Made by a program: the position numbers and the translations under genes. A stretch of 64,000 nucleotides of DNA from Anaerolineae bacterium (GTDB lineage Bacteria; Chloroflexota; Anaerolineae; Aggregatilineales; JAFGMM01), in contig JAOSJO010000001.1 of assembly GCA_027494055.1 (NCBI GenBank), positions 847,005 to 911,004 on the forward strand, written 5' to 3'. The notes below the pieces were generated by a model. That model searched no databases, was not told the DNA's origin, and saw only the letters and a program-made list of their open reading frames with translations. Position 1 is the stretch's first letter. Each line of letters begins with the position of its first letter. Shown here in pieces: positions 22,340-31,094 of this stretch.

Positions 22340-24674
22340 TGCGCCTGTCCCGCCTGCCAGCGTGGTTGCTCGTGGTCCCGGTGGCGCTCATCATGTTCGC
22401 GCCTCTGTTTATGGGTGAGGCGCTGTTCTGGGGCCTGCCGGCGACGCAGTTCGTGCCCTGGCGCGATTTCGCTTTCGCCGAGCTTGCCGCCGGCCGGCTC
22501 CCGCTCTGGAACCCGTATCTCGGCGGGGGCGCGCCGCTCCTGGCGAACTACCAGACCGCGTTCTTCTATCCCCCAACTGGCTCCAGCTCCTCCTCCCCGC
22601 GCCGGTGGCGCTCGGTGTGGTCGGCGTGCTGCACCTGACCTGGGCGGGCCTGGGGATGTGGCGTTTCACCGGCGCGCTCGGCGTGCCGGCGTTTGGGCGC
22701 GGCGTGAGCGCGCTCGCGTTCGCCTTCACCGGGTACACGGTCACGCGCCTGGGCACCCCGCCGATGGTGGACGCGGCGGCGTGGCTGCCGTGGCTGTTCT
22801 GGGCCGTCCACCGGTTGACCGACCCTGGCCGGCGCGCCCGCTGGCGCGACACGGCGACCCTGGCCGGGGTCGTGGCGATGCTGCTGCTCGCGGGGCACGC
22901 GCAGTTGGGGTTCTACGCGCTCGTGGGCGCGGGGTGCTATACGCTGTGGCGCGCGGTGTCAGCTTCCCGGAAGCCTGAAGCTGCCGGGAAGCGCCTGGGG
23001 CGCGCGGCGCGCCGGCTCGGATTGGCGCTCGCCGGCGTCGCGCTCGGCGCGGCAATCGCAGGGGTCCAGATCGCCCCGACGGCGGAGCTGCTGCACGCGA
23101 GCCAGCGGGCCGGCGGCCTGGATTATGACTTCGTCATGAACTTCTCCTACGGGCCGCTGCGCGCGCTGACGCTGCTCACGCCGCATTTCTTCGGCTCGCC
23201 GGCCGATGGGAGCTATGTGGGCAAGGGCGCGTACTGGGAGGACGCGACGTACATCGGCTTTCTGCCATTCGTGCTCGCGCTGCTGGCGGTCTGCGCGTGG
23301 CGCAAGCGCCGCCGGCGTGTGGACCGGCGCCCGGCGCTGGCGGCGGTCCCGTTCTTTGCGGCGCTCGGCGCGGGCGCTTTCGTGCTGGCGCTGGGCAGGT
23401 ACACGCCGCTGTACGACTTCCTGTATCACAATGCGCCGACGTTCGCCATGTTCCAGGGACCGGCGCGCTGGCACCTGCTGACGGTCTTCGCGCTGAGCGT
23501 GCTGGCCGGCGTGGGGACGGTCGCGTGGGGGCGCGGGAGGTGGACGTTCTTCTGGTGCCGGCTGGCGACGGCGGGTGGCGTGGGGCTTGCGGCGATGGCT
23601 TTGCTCGCGCCCAACTTCATCCCGGAGAATGCGGCGCTGACGACGCTCAGCGCTGCGGTGGTCGCGCTGGGGAGCTGGCTCGCCGGCAGCGCGGTCCTCA
23701 CGCTCGCGCAGCCCGATCCTGAATGGGCGCGCGGCGCGGCATGCCGGCGGTGGTGGCAGGCGGCGGCGTTGCTCTTCATTGCGGTTGACCTGCTCTGGGC
23801 GTGGACCGGCTTCAACCCGACTGCGCCGGTGGCGTTCTACGACCCGGTTGCCGGCGAGGCGGGCGGGCGCGCGTACTGGTTCGCGGACTACGCCGAGTTC
23901 GTTGCGTTCAACGACGCGACGGAGGAGGCCGGCTGGTTCCGCTTCAACGACTTCCGCGTGGCGCGCGACGACTGGCCGGCGGTCCGCCGGTCGCACCTGC
24001 CCAATCTCGACCTGCTCGACCGCGCGCCGCAACTCAACAACAACGACCCGATGCGCCCCGGCGAGTACGTGCGCTACCTTGAGCTGATCGAGGCGGCGGC
24101 CCCGGCGCAGGTCGGCGCGCTGCTGCGCGCGGCGGGCGTGTCTGTGGTCTACAACGACGTGGGGCCGCCCGGTTGGGCGGGCGAGTCCGCGCGGTACGCC
24201 GCGCCGGAACCCGCCCCGCGCGCGTGGATCGCCCCGGAGGCGCGCTGGTTCCCAGACCGGCCCGCGCTGGAGGCGCACATGCTCGAAGCGGCGTGGGACC
24301 CCGCACAGACCGTCCTCCTCGAGGGCGCGCCGCCCTCTGCGCTGCCGGCCCAGGGGGGGACCGGGACCGTGTCCATCATCGAGGACGCGCACACCACGCT
24401 GCGGCTGCGCGTGGAGGTTGCGGGCGGGCCGGCGTGGCTGGTGCTCGCCGACACCTGGTACCCTGGCTGGGAAGCATCGATTGACGGGGCATCAGTGGAG
24501 GCGCTCCGCGCGAACCTGGCGTTCCGCGTGGTGAGCGTGCCACCCGGCGCACACGAAATCACGTTCCGGTACAACCCCCGCGCCCTGTGGGCCGGCGCGC
24601 TGGCGACGGCGGCGGGCCTGGCGGCGCTGGCGGTGCTGGCGTTCCTGGCGCGGCGTCAGTCGGCGAGCGGATAA
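22336..24674 (+). CDS. YfhO-family membrane protein, paralog of 18491..20700 (type B'), frame break at C5 run 22570-22574
   Basis: ..LWNPYLGGGAPLLANYQTAFFYPP|NWLQLLLP.. is restored by one extra C. It has ..AAWLPWLFWAV... ATGA overlaps the upstream gene at 22336-22339. Confidence 0.65.
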
Positions 24675-25171
24675 GCGCCCACGTTTTTCCAGTCATCCGT
24701 ATCGCCCCGGAAGGAAAGCACGAGGTGCGTGGTCGTGAAGTGCACGGCCATCGCCAGCCGGTCGATCTGGTCCTTGGTCGCTTCCGCGACTGGCGCCGGC
24801 GCGCTCACGACCTTGAAGTGCGGCACCCAGGCCTGTGCACCCGCCGGCGAGACTTCGAGGCCCTGCTGCGTCCCCAGCCGGCGCAGCCAGGCGTAGACGA
24901 CCGCCATCGGCGGCGTCTTGTCGATCTCGAAGAACAGCGCGTAGGGATCATACGCCGGCGAGAAACCAGGATCGCGGATCAGGCGGCGGGCCTGCATCAC
25001 GAGTGGGGCCGCCTGCAGGGCCAGGTCCGCGACGGCGTCACCCAGCGGCGCAAGCTGCACCGCGGTGACGTTGTAGTAGTAAGCGAGCGTCACGTGCGGT
25101 TCAGGCGCGACTTCGCCGCACGCGATGTCGGCGATGCGCTGGAGCGTCTCGTACAGCCGACCCAACGTCAT
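24656..25171 (-). CDS. 2H-phosphoesterase / LigT-like family protein (tentative)
   Basis: Starts MTLGRLYETL... It has candidate HxT/S motifs HVTL and HFTT. It overlaps the convergent upstream gene by 19 nt. Confidence 0.35.
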   Translation of the reverse strand: MTLGRLYETLQRIADIACGEVAPEPHVTLAYYYNVTAVQLAPLGDAVADLALQAAPLVMQARRLIRDPGFSPAYDPYALFFEIDKTPPMAVVYAWLRRLGTQQGLEVSPAGAQAWVPHFKVVSAPAPVAEATKDQIDRLAMAVHFTTTHLVLSFRGDTDDWKNVGAYPLAD

Positions 25172-25323
25172 CGGCGCTCGGCACGGCGAGCACGCAGCAA
25201 GTGGCAACCGGCCAGGGATGCGCAACCAAGGCCCTGTTCCTTTGCGGCGACAGAACGGTTCAGGCGGTTATCGTAGCATCGACGCTCAGAGAGCACAATA
25301 ATCGCCGGATCCGCGCAAACCAC

Positions 25324-25352
25324 TTGCCCTCTGCATCAGGGTCTCGTACAAT
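25324..25352 (+). promoter_or_regulatory. sigma70-like promoter candidate for the repeat-protein gene
   Basis: TTGCCC (25324-25329), a 17-nt spacer, then TACAAT (25347-25352), about 70 nt upstream of ATG 25423. Confidence 0.4.
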
Positions 25353-25422
25353 GCGATATAAGAGAAAGGGGGAGTGTCCCCTGCACTGATAATCCCGCCT
25401 ACTATCACGAGGAGCAGGGTTC

Positions 25423-27476
25423 ATGATTGGTACGACGAGAGGTCCAAAGCACGTCATCCGGTTCGTTTTCGCGCTCATGCTGCTGCTGCCGATTGCCGGC
25501 GTACAATCGGCGCTTGCGTCTCCTCTGTCTCAGGCCGGCGTGATCCCGATCACGTATGGGGACACGCTCACCGGGAGCCTGAACGCCAAAACGCCCGAAG
25601 CGCAGTACCAGTTCAGCGCCGCCGCCGGCGACCTTGTGAGTATCTCGGTCGTCGCCACCTCCGGCGACCTTGACCCCAAGGTGCAGTTGCTCGATCTCAG
25701 CGGCGCGGTGCTGGCAGAAAATGACGACATCGAGTTTCCCAGCAACACCGATTCGCTGATCGAGAACTTCTCGATACCGGCCACCGGCGACTATCGTATC
25801 GTCGTGATGCGCGGGCTGGACAGCACCTCCGGCGGCTACCAGGTCAGCCTGATGCGGGGTGGGGCCGGGGACACGCCGCCGCTGCCCACGCTGGGCACCG
25901 AGACGGGGACGGGCGCGCTGCGGTTCGTCCTGTCGTGGAGCGGGGCCGCCGACCTCGACCTGGTCGTGACCGACCCGGCCGGCAACCAGATCTACTGGGA
26001 CGCGCCGACCTCCCCGACGGGCGGGGCGCTCGACAGCAGCCAGGGCAACGACTTTTGCGAGGTCGCTGCTGCGCAGCCCCCAGGAGGTCATTGCGTGGAT
26101 GGCGAACGCACCAGCCGGCGACTACACCGTCATGGTGCAACTCTCGCTCGCGTGTAACACGACCGGGAGGTGCCGCTGACCGTCACCGTCGAGGGCGACG
26201 GCGGTGCGGTGCTGGACGTGCTCGACGGCACCGTCTCCGAGGGGGAACCCTGCCGAGGGGACCTTCACCTTCACGGGTTCAGGTGGTTCTGCCGTCACCG
26301 GCCAGGGCGCGCTGCGGTTCGTCCTGTCGTGGAGCGGGGCCGCCGACCTCGACCTGGTCGTGACCGACCCGGCGGGGAACCAGATCTACTGGGATGCGCC
26401 GACCTCGCCGACGGGCGGGGCGCTCGACAGCAGCCAGGGCAACGACTTCTGCGAGGTCGCTGCTGCGCAGCCTCAAGAGGTCATCGCGTGGGAGGCCAAC
26501 GCGCCGACGGGGGACTACACCGTCATGGTGCAGCTCTCGCTTGCGTGTAACACAACCGGGGAGGTGCCGCTGACCATCACCGTCGAGGGCGACGGCGGGG
26601 CGGTGCTGGACGTGCTCGAAGGCACCGTCTCCGAAGGGAACCCTGCCGAGGGGACCTTCACCTTCGCCGGGGCGGGCGCGCCGCCGGTTGCCTCCGAGGG
26701 TGCGCTGAATTTCGTGCTCAATTGGAGCGGGGCCGCCGACCTCGACCTGATCGTGACCGACCCGGCCGGCAACCAGATTTACTGGGACGCGCCGACCTCG
26801 CCGACGGGCGGGGTGCTCGACAGCACCCTGGGCAACGACTTCTGCGAGGTCGCTGCCGCGCAGCCTCAGGAGGTCGTCTTCTGGGAGGCCAGCGCGCCGA
26901 CGGGCGACTACGGTCTCATGGTGCAGCTCTCGCTCCCGTGCGGCACGACGGGCGCGGTGCCTTTCACCATCCAGGTCGTTGACACGGCCGGCGCCGTGTT
27001 GGACACGCTCAGCGGCGAAGTCTCGGAGGGCAGCGCCTCCGAGGGGACGTTCACCTATGTGGGTGGCGGCGGTGGCGCTGCGCCGCTCCCGGCGGTGGAC
27101 TATGGCCCGATCCCGACGTTCACCGACGGGAGCGAGGTGCCGGTCATCGAACCCGGCGTGCACATCCAGGACTTCATCGACAACCAGAATTTCGCGCTCT
27201 CCGGGCGCGTTGCCGGCAACACCGGCGACGTGATCACGGTGACGATGACGCGAGTCGACGGCGACCTGCTCCCGCTCGTCGCCATCCTCGTCGAGGAGGG
27301 CGATGTCTGGACCTCCCTGGTGACGGACCAGAGCACGGAAGGGCGAGGCGGCGGTCGTCTCGCTCGAACTCACCGATCCGGGCTGGTACATCATCAGCTT
27401 CTCGCGTCAAGACGTCGCCAACGGGACCACCAGCGGCAACTTCGACGCCGTGGTGACCTACCAGTCGGCGCAGTAA
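25423..27476 (+). CDS. secreted protein: PPC-like domain + three tandem 131-aa beta-sandwich-like modules + C-terminal PPC-like domain (several frame breaks)
   Basis: Signal peptide ..LLLPIAGVQSALA. PPC-like YGDTLTGSLN..YQFSAAAGDLVSISV..DPKVQLLD..G..LAENDD. The module GALRFVLSWSGAADLDLVVTDPAGNQIYWDAPTSPTGG.LDS..GNDFCEVAAAQPQEV occurs three times. Stop TAA at 27474-27476. Breaks are near 26075, 26168, 26240 and 27343. Confidence 0.65.
25912..27060. repeat. three tandem copies of a 393-bp coding repeat
   Basis: GGCGCGCTGCGGTTCGTCCTGTCGTGGAGCGGGGCCGCCGACCTCGACCTGGTCGTGACCGACCC recurs at about 25912 and 26306, with a diverged third copy at about 26698. Copies 1 and 2 are near-identical at the nucleotide level. 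Confidence 0.85.
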
Positions 27477-27506
27477 GGCCCGCGCGCGGTACCCGGCGCG
27501 GTTGGA

Positions 27507-27538
27507 GGGGCGCGGCGCACACCGCGCCCCTTTCATTT
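27507..27538. terminator. intrinsic terminator hairpin between convergent genes
   Basis: GGGGCGCGG-CGCACA-CCGCGCCCC (27507-27530) is followed by TTTCATTT. It lies between stop 27476 (+) and stop 27567 (-). Confidence 0.7.
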
Positions 27539-27566
27539 ACCTGTTACCTGTCTCAGCCCCCGCCCG

Positions 27567-28181
27567 TTACGTGATTTCGATCTGCCGCTCAGTGGCCTCG
27601 GCGCGCGCGCGGAGGCCCTGCAACTGCTGGTGGAGTTCCAGTGCATCGACCCATTCAAAGAGGACTTTGGTCACCCACTTCCCGACCGCGCCATAGGCAA
27701 ACAGCCGCATCCGCACGATGAGACGTGTCTGTGCGCCGTGCGGCTCCAGCAGATACGCCAGGCTCAGGTCGCCGTTCACGCCCGGCACCAGCGCCAGGTC
27801 GTAGCCGCCAAACACGATCAGGCGCGGCGGGCCGAGCTGGAGGATTTCGTAGCCCCCGTCGGTCACCATGCCGACCTGGGGGGCGTCCAGGTCGCTGCGG
27901 AGGTAGCGCGCGCTGGGCACGCCCCGGTTCCCCAGCAGGTCGATGCCGTACCAGCCCGTGCGCTCCCGCCCCATCTGCGCCAGCCACGGCCACACGGCCT
28001 CTGGCGGCGCGTCGATGTCCACCGCCTGGGTGATCTGCTGGTTCGGCGCGGGCACCACATCATCGCCGGGCAGCCGCCGCTGGCTCTCGCCCAGGCGCGT
28101 GCCCCACTTCAGCATGTGCGGGCGCGCGAACAGCCAGTACCCCGCGCCTGTCAGCAGCGTCAGGGATGCCAGTTTCCTCAT
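27567..28181 (-). CDS. SRPBCC (START/polyketide-cyclase-like) family protein
   Basis: Intact 204-aa ORF containing ..VDIDAPPEAVWPWLAQMG..GWY.., typical of SRPBCC ligand-binding proteins. It has an N-terminal hydrophobic segment. Confidence 0.55.
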   Translation of the reverse strand: MRKLASLTLLTGAGYWLFARPHMLKWGTRLGESQRRLPGDDVVPAPNQQITQAVDIDAPPEAVWPWLAQMGRERTGWYGIDLLGNRGVPSARYLRSDLDAPQVGMVTDGGYEILQLGPPRLIVFGGYDLALVPGVNGDLSLAYLLEPHGAQTRLIVRMRLFAYGAVGKWVTKVLFEWVDALELHQQLQGLRARAEATERQIEIT

Positions 28182-28229
28182 AGTAGTCGCGTTCCTTTCG
28201 TGTCGTGAGGCTGTGCAGGGCCGGCGGGC

Positions 28230-28949
28230 CTATGCGCCATGCCGACCGAACCAGAACCAGATGTACTTGGCGTATTCGTTCATCACCGCCAGCGCGCTGC
28301 GTTCGTCGCGCCACCAGACCTCAGGCCGGTACCAGTCCGGCTCTGAGGGGACCGTGACGATCTCGATGCCGGTGCCGCCGAGGACACTCAGAAAGATGTC
28401 GCGCGCGCGGCGCGAGTGGAACGTGTCGGTCACGAGTAGGATGCGCTGCGCGCCCAGCTCGGTGAGCGCCGGCAGCGCCAACTGCGCCTCCTCGTAGGTC
28501 GTGAGGGGCCGGTGCAGCACGCGGATGGCCGCTGCCGGCACGCCGGCGCGTTGGAGCCGCGCGCGCGGCGTGTCCTCTTGATACACCACGTAGCTTTCCT
28601 CGCTGCCCTCCGAGGTCACCACGACCGGGGCGTAGCCCTCGTGGTACAGCGCCGCACCGAGCGCGGCGCGCGCGCCGTCGCCGCCGCCCAGCACCACAAT
28701 GGCGTCCGCTGGCTGTGGCGCTTCACGGTAGACCAGGAAGTTGCCGAACGCCGCCAGCCAGCTCTCGCGGGCCAGGAACAGCAGCAGCGCCGTGACGCCC
28801 AGCGCCACCAGAAACGCCCCGGTCGCCAGCGCGCACCCGCGCGGCGCGATGAGATAGCGCCGGCGGTCCACCAGCGTCAGGTCGCCGTCAGGTTGGCTTC
28901 GCTTCCAGAGTGGTGCGGACTCCTGAATTGGCATGGGATGTGCTATCAT
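28230..28949 (-). CDS. YdcF/DUF218 family protein
   Basis: TM helix, then ..[30 protein letters not shown]... The start is uncertain (28949 or 28934). Confidence 0.6.
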   Translation of the reverse strand: MIAHPMPIQESAPLWKRSQPDGDLTLVDRRRYLIAPRGCALATGAFLVALGVTALLLFLARESWLAAFGNFLVYREAPQPADAIVVLGGGDGARAALGAALYHEGYAPVVVTSEGSEESYVVYQEDTPRARLQRAGVPAAAIRVLHRPLTTYEEAQLALPALTELGAQRILLVTDTFHSRRARDIFLSVLGGTGIEIVTVPSEPDWYRPEVWWRDERSALAVMNEYAKYIWFWFGRHGA

Positions 28950-29047
28950 CTGATAGTGTTGCAGCGCCAGAGGGGATTGTACCCCGCTCGATGATGTTGT
29001 CGCACGACGCAAGCGATGCGCCGTGCCGGACGTGCAAAGACCGATTG

Positions 29048-29709
29048 ATGACTGAAGTCTATCTCATCCGCCACGCGGTGAACGATTTTGTGGACAAAGG
29101 CCGGCTTGCGGGCCGCCTTCCGGGCGTCCACCTCAACGACTACGGCAACGCGCAGGCGCAGGCGCTCGGCGCGCGCCTTGCAAAGTGTGTCGTTGCAGGC
29201 TGTATACTCAAGCCCGTTGGAGCGGACGCTCGAAACGGCGCAGGCGGTGGCCGCGTACCACCCTGGCCTGCGCGTGCAGGTGCTTGAGGGCGTCAACGAG
29301 CTTCAGTTGGGCGCATGGGAAGGCGCCGAACTCAAGACGGTGTCGCGGCGGAAGATGTGGGGCATGGTGCAGTTCAATCCCAGCCGCGCCGTGTTCCCAG
29401 GGGGAGACCTTTCGCCAGGCGCAGATGCGCGCCGTCGATGCCATCGAGTGGGTCGCGCAGCAGCATCCGCGCGCGACAGTCGCCGTCGTCTCGCACAGTG
29501 ACATCATCCGGCTGGTTTTGGCGCATTACCTGGGCGTCCATCTCGACACGTTCCAGCGGCTTGTGATCTCGCCGGCGTCGATTTCTGTGGTGCAACTGAA
29601 CCACCTGCGCCCCATGGTCGTGCAGATGAACGACACCAGCCACTGCCCGCCGCCGCCGAAAAAGGACGCGGCTCCGGGGGATGGCGCGGCGCACGATCCT
29701 GCCGGCTAG
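29048..29709 (+). CDS. histidine-phosphatase (phosphoglycerate-mutase-like) family protein, MSMEG_4193-like (two frame breaks)
   Basis: [14 protein letters not shown].. (RH catalytic motif), ..[15 protein letters not shown].., ..[19 protein letters not shown]... The fragments join near 29186 and at the G5 run 29400-29404. Confidence 0.7.
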
Positions 29710-29757
29710 GCCGAAACAGGGCCGCGCCACACCATACACAGATACAATGGGGATGTT

Positions 29758-30249
29758 ATGCCAGATGAAATTGACCTAAATCCTGTCGATTTCCTCACCG
29801 TCGGGACGATAGGACCGAAGGGTCAGCGCGTTTTCTACCTTCAGGCCGGCCAGGCGGGAAAGATCGTCACGCTGGTGCTGGAAAAGGAGCAGGCGCGTGC
29901 GCTCTCGCACGCGGTGGATGAGATGCTCGAAGAACTCGTCGAGCGCGTCGGGCCGACCGAACAGGTCAACCTTGCCGAGTACGACATGGACCTGCGCGAG
30001 CCGATCCTGCCGGAGTTCCGTGTCGCGAATATGGGCCTGGGCTACGACGAGGAGCAGGATGCGGTCGTCCTGGTGGCCCAGGAATTGCAGCTCGAAGAGG
30101 GTGAAGCCGCCGGCCTGGAACCGAAGGTAATGCGTTTTTGGGGGTCGCGCAAGCAGATGCGTGCGCTGAGCCAGCGCGCGTTTGACATCGTCCAGCAGGG
30201 GCGGCCAGACCCCCGCCAAAACGGAAATATATCGTATTACTGGGTGTGA
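29758..30249 (+). CDS. DUF3090-family protein
   Basis: Intact 163-aa ORF: ..FLTVGTIGPKGQRVFYLQA..LVLEKEQARAL..RVANMGLGYDEE... The family assignment is from memory of TIGR03847/DUF3090 and from the gene context. Confidence 0.55.
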   Translation: MPDEIDLNPVDFLTVGTIGPKGQRVFYLQAGQAGKIVTLVLEKEQARALSHAVDEMLEELVERVGPTEQVNLAEYDMDLREPILPEFRVANMGLGYDEEQDAVVLVAQELQLEEGEAAGLEPKVMRFWGSRKQMRALSQRAFDIVQQGRPDPRQNGNISYYWV

Positions 30250-31044
30250 TGGCATCACCAGACGCGAAACCGTCGCCAGATGAGGGGGGCGAAGCGCAGG
30301 AGAAACCCGTCACTGTATCTCTGGAGCGCGTGCTTGACCTCTTGCAGCACGGCGTGATCACCGAACAGCATGGCCTCCTGGGGTGGGGGTCAAACCACAC
30401 CTTTCTCGTTTCCGTCACTGACGAGTCGCTCGAAATGCTGGCTGTGTACAAGCCGAAGCCCGGCGAGCGCCCTTTGTGGGACTTTCCCGAAGGGACGCTC
30501 TGCCACCGTGAGATGGCCGCCTATCTCGTCTCGGAAGGGTTAGGGTGGGGCCTCGTACCGCCCACCGTGCTGCGTGAGGGGGCCGCGCGGTGTCGGGTCG
30601 CTCCAGTTCTTCGTCCACCACGACCCCGCCGTCAACTACTTCTCGCTCCGGGAGCAGTCGGATGCGCGGGTTGTCTTCCGGCTCATGCAGTTCGCCGCGT
30701 TTGATGTCGTGGTCAACAACGCCGACCGCAAAGGCGGGCATTTCCTGCTCGCCCCTGACGGCCACCTGTGGGGCATCGACCACGGGCTGACGTTCAACCT
30801 GGCGAACAAACTGCGCACGGTCCTGTGGGATTTCGCCGGCCGGCCGGTGCCCGACTCAATGTTGGCTGACCTGAGGAAGCTGGAGGCGCAGCTTGAACCC
30901 GGCGCAGGGCTGCGCTGCGCGTTGGAAGAGATGCTCGCGCCGCAAGAGGTCGAGATGACCCTGGTGCGCGTGCGCCGGCTCCTGAAGCGGGGGCGCTTCC
31001 CGCAGCCGGGGCCAGGGCCGAATTACCCGTGGCCGCCCGTATAG
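30249..31044 (+). CDS. SCO1664-family PI3/PI4-kinase-like protein (frame break at G5 run 30578-30582)
   Basis: The ATG overlaps the upstream stop (TGATG). It has ..GSNHTFLV..AVYKPKPGERPLWDFP.. and the catalytic-loop-like VVNNADRKGGHFL and GIDHGLTF. Confidence 0.65.
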
Positions 31045-31094
31045 CCGCAGTGGGCGCTGACGGCTGGGCGCTTCCGCACGTCAGGAGGCCGTAA

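Noticed and set aside
25912-27060. Possible CRISPR-like or non-coding repeat array
   Set aside because: The period is 393 bp with no unique spacers, the repeats are in frame, and they encode a conserved protein module. This is a coding tandem repeat.
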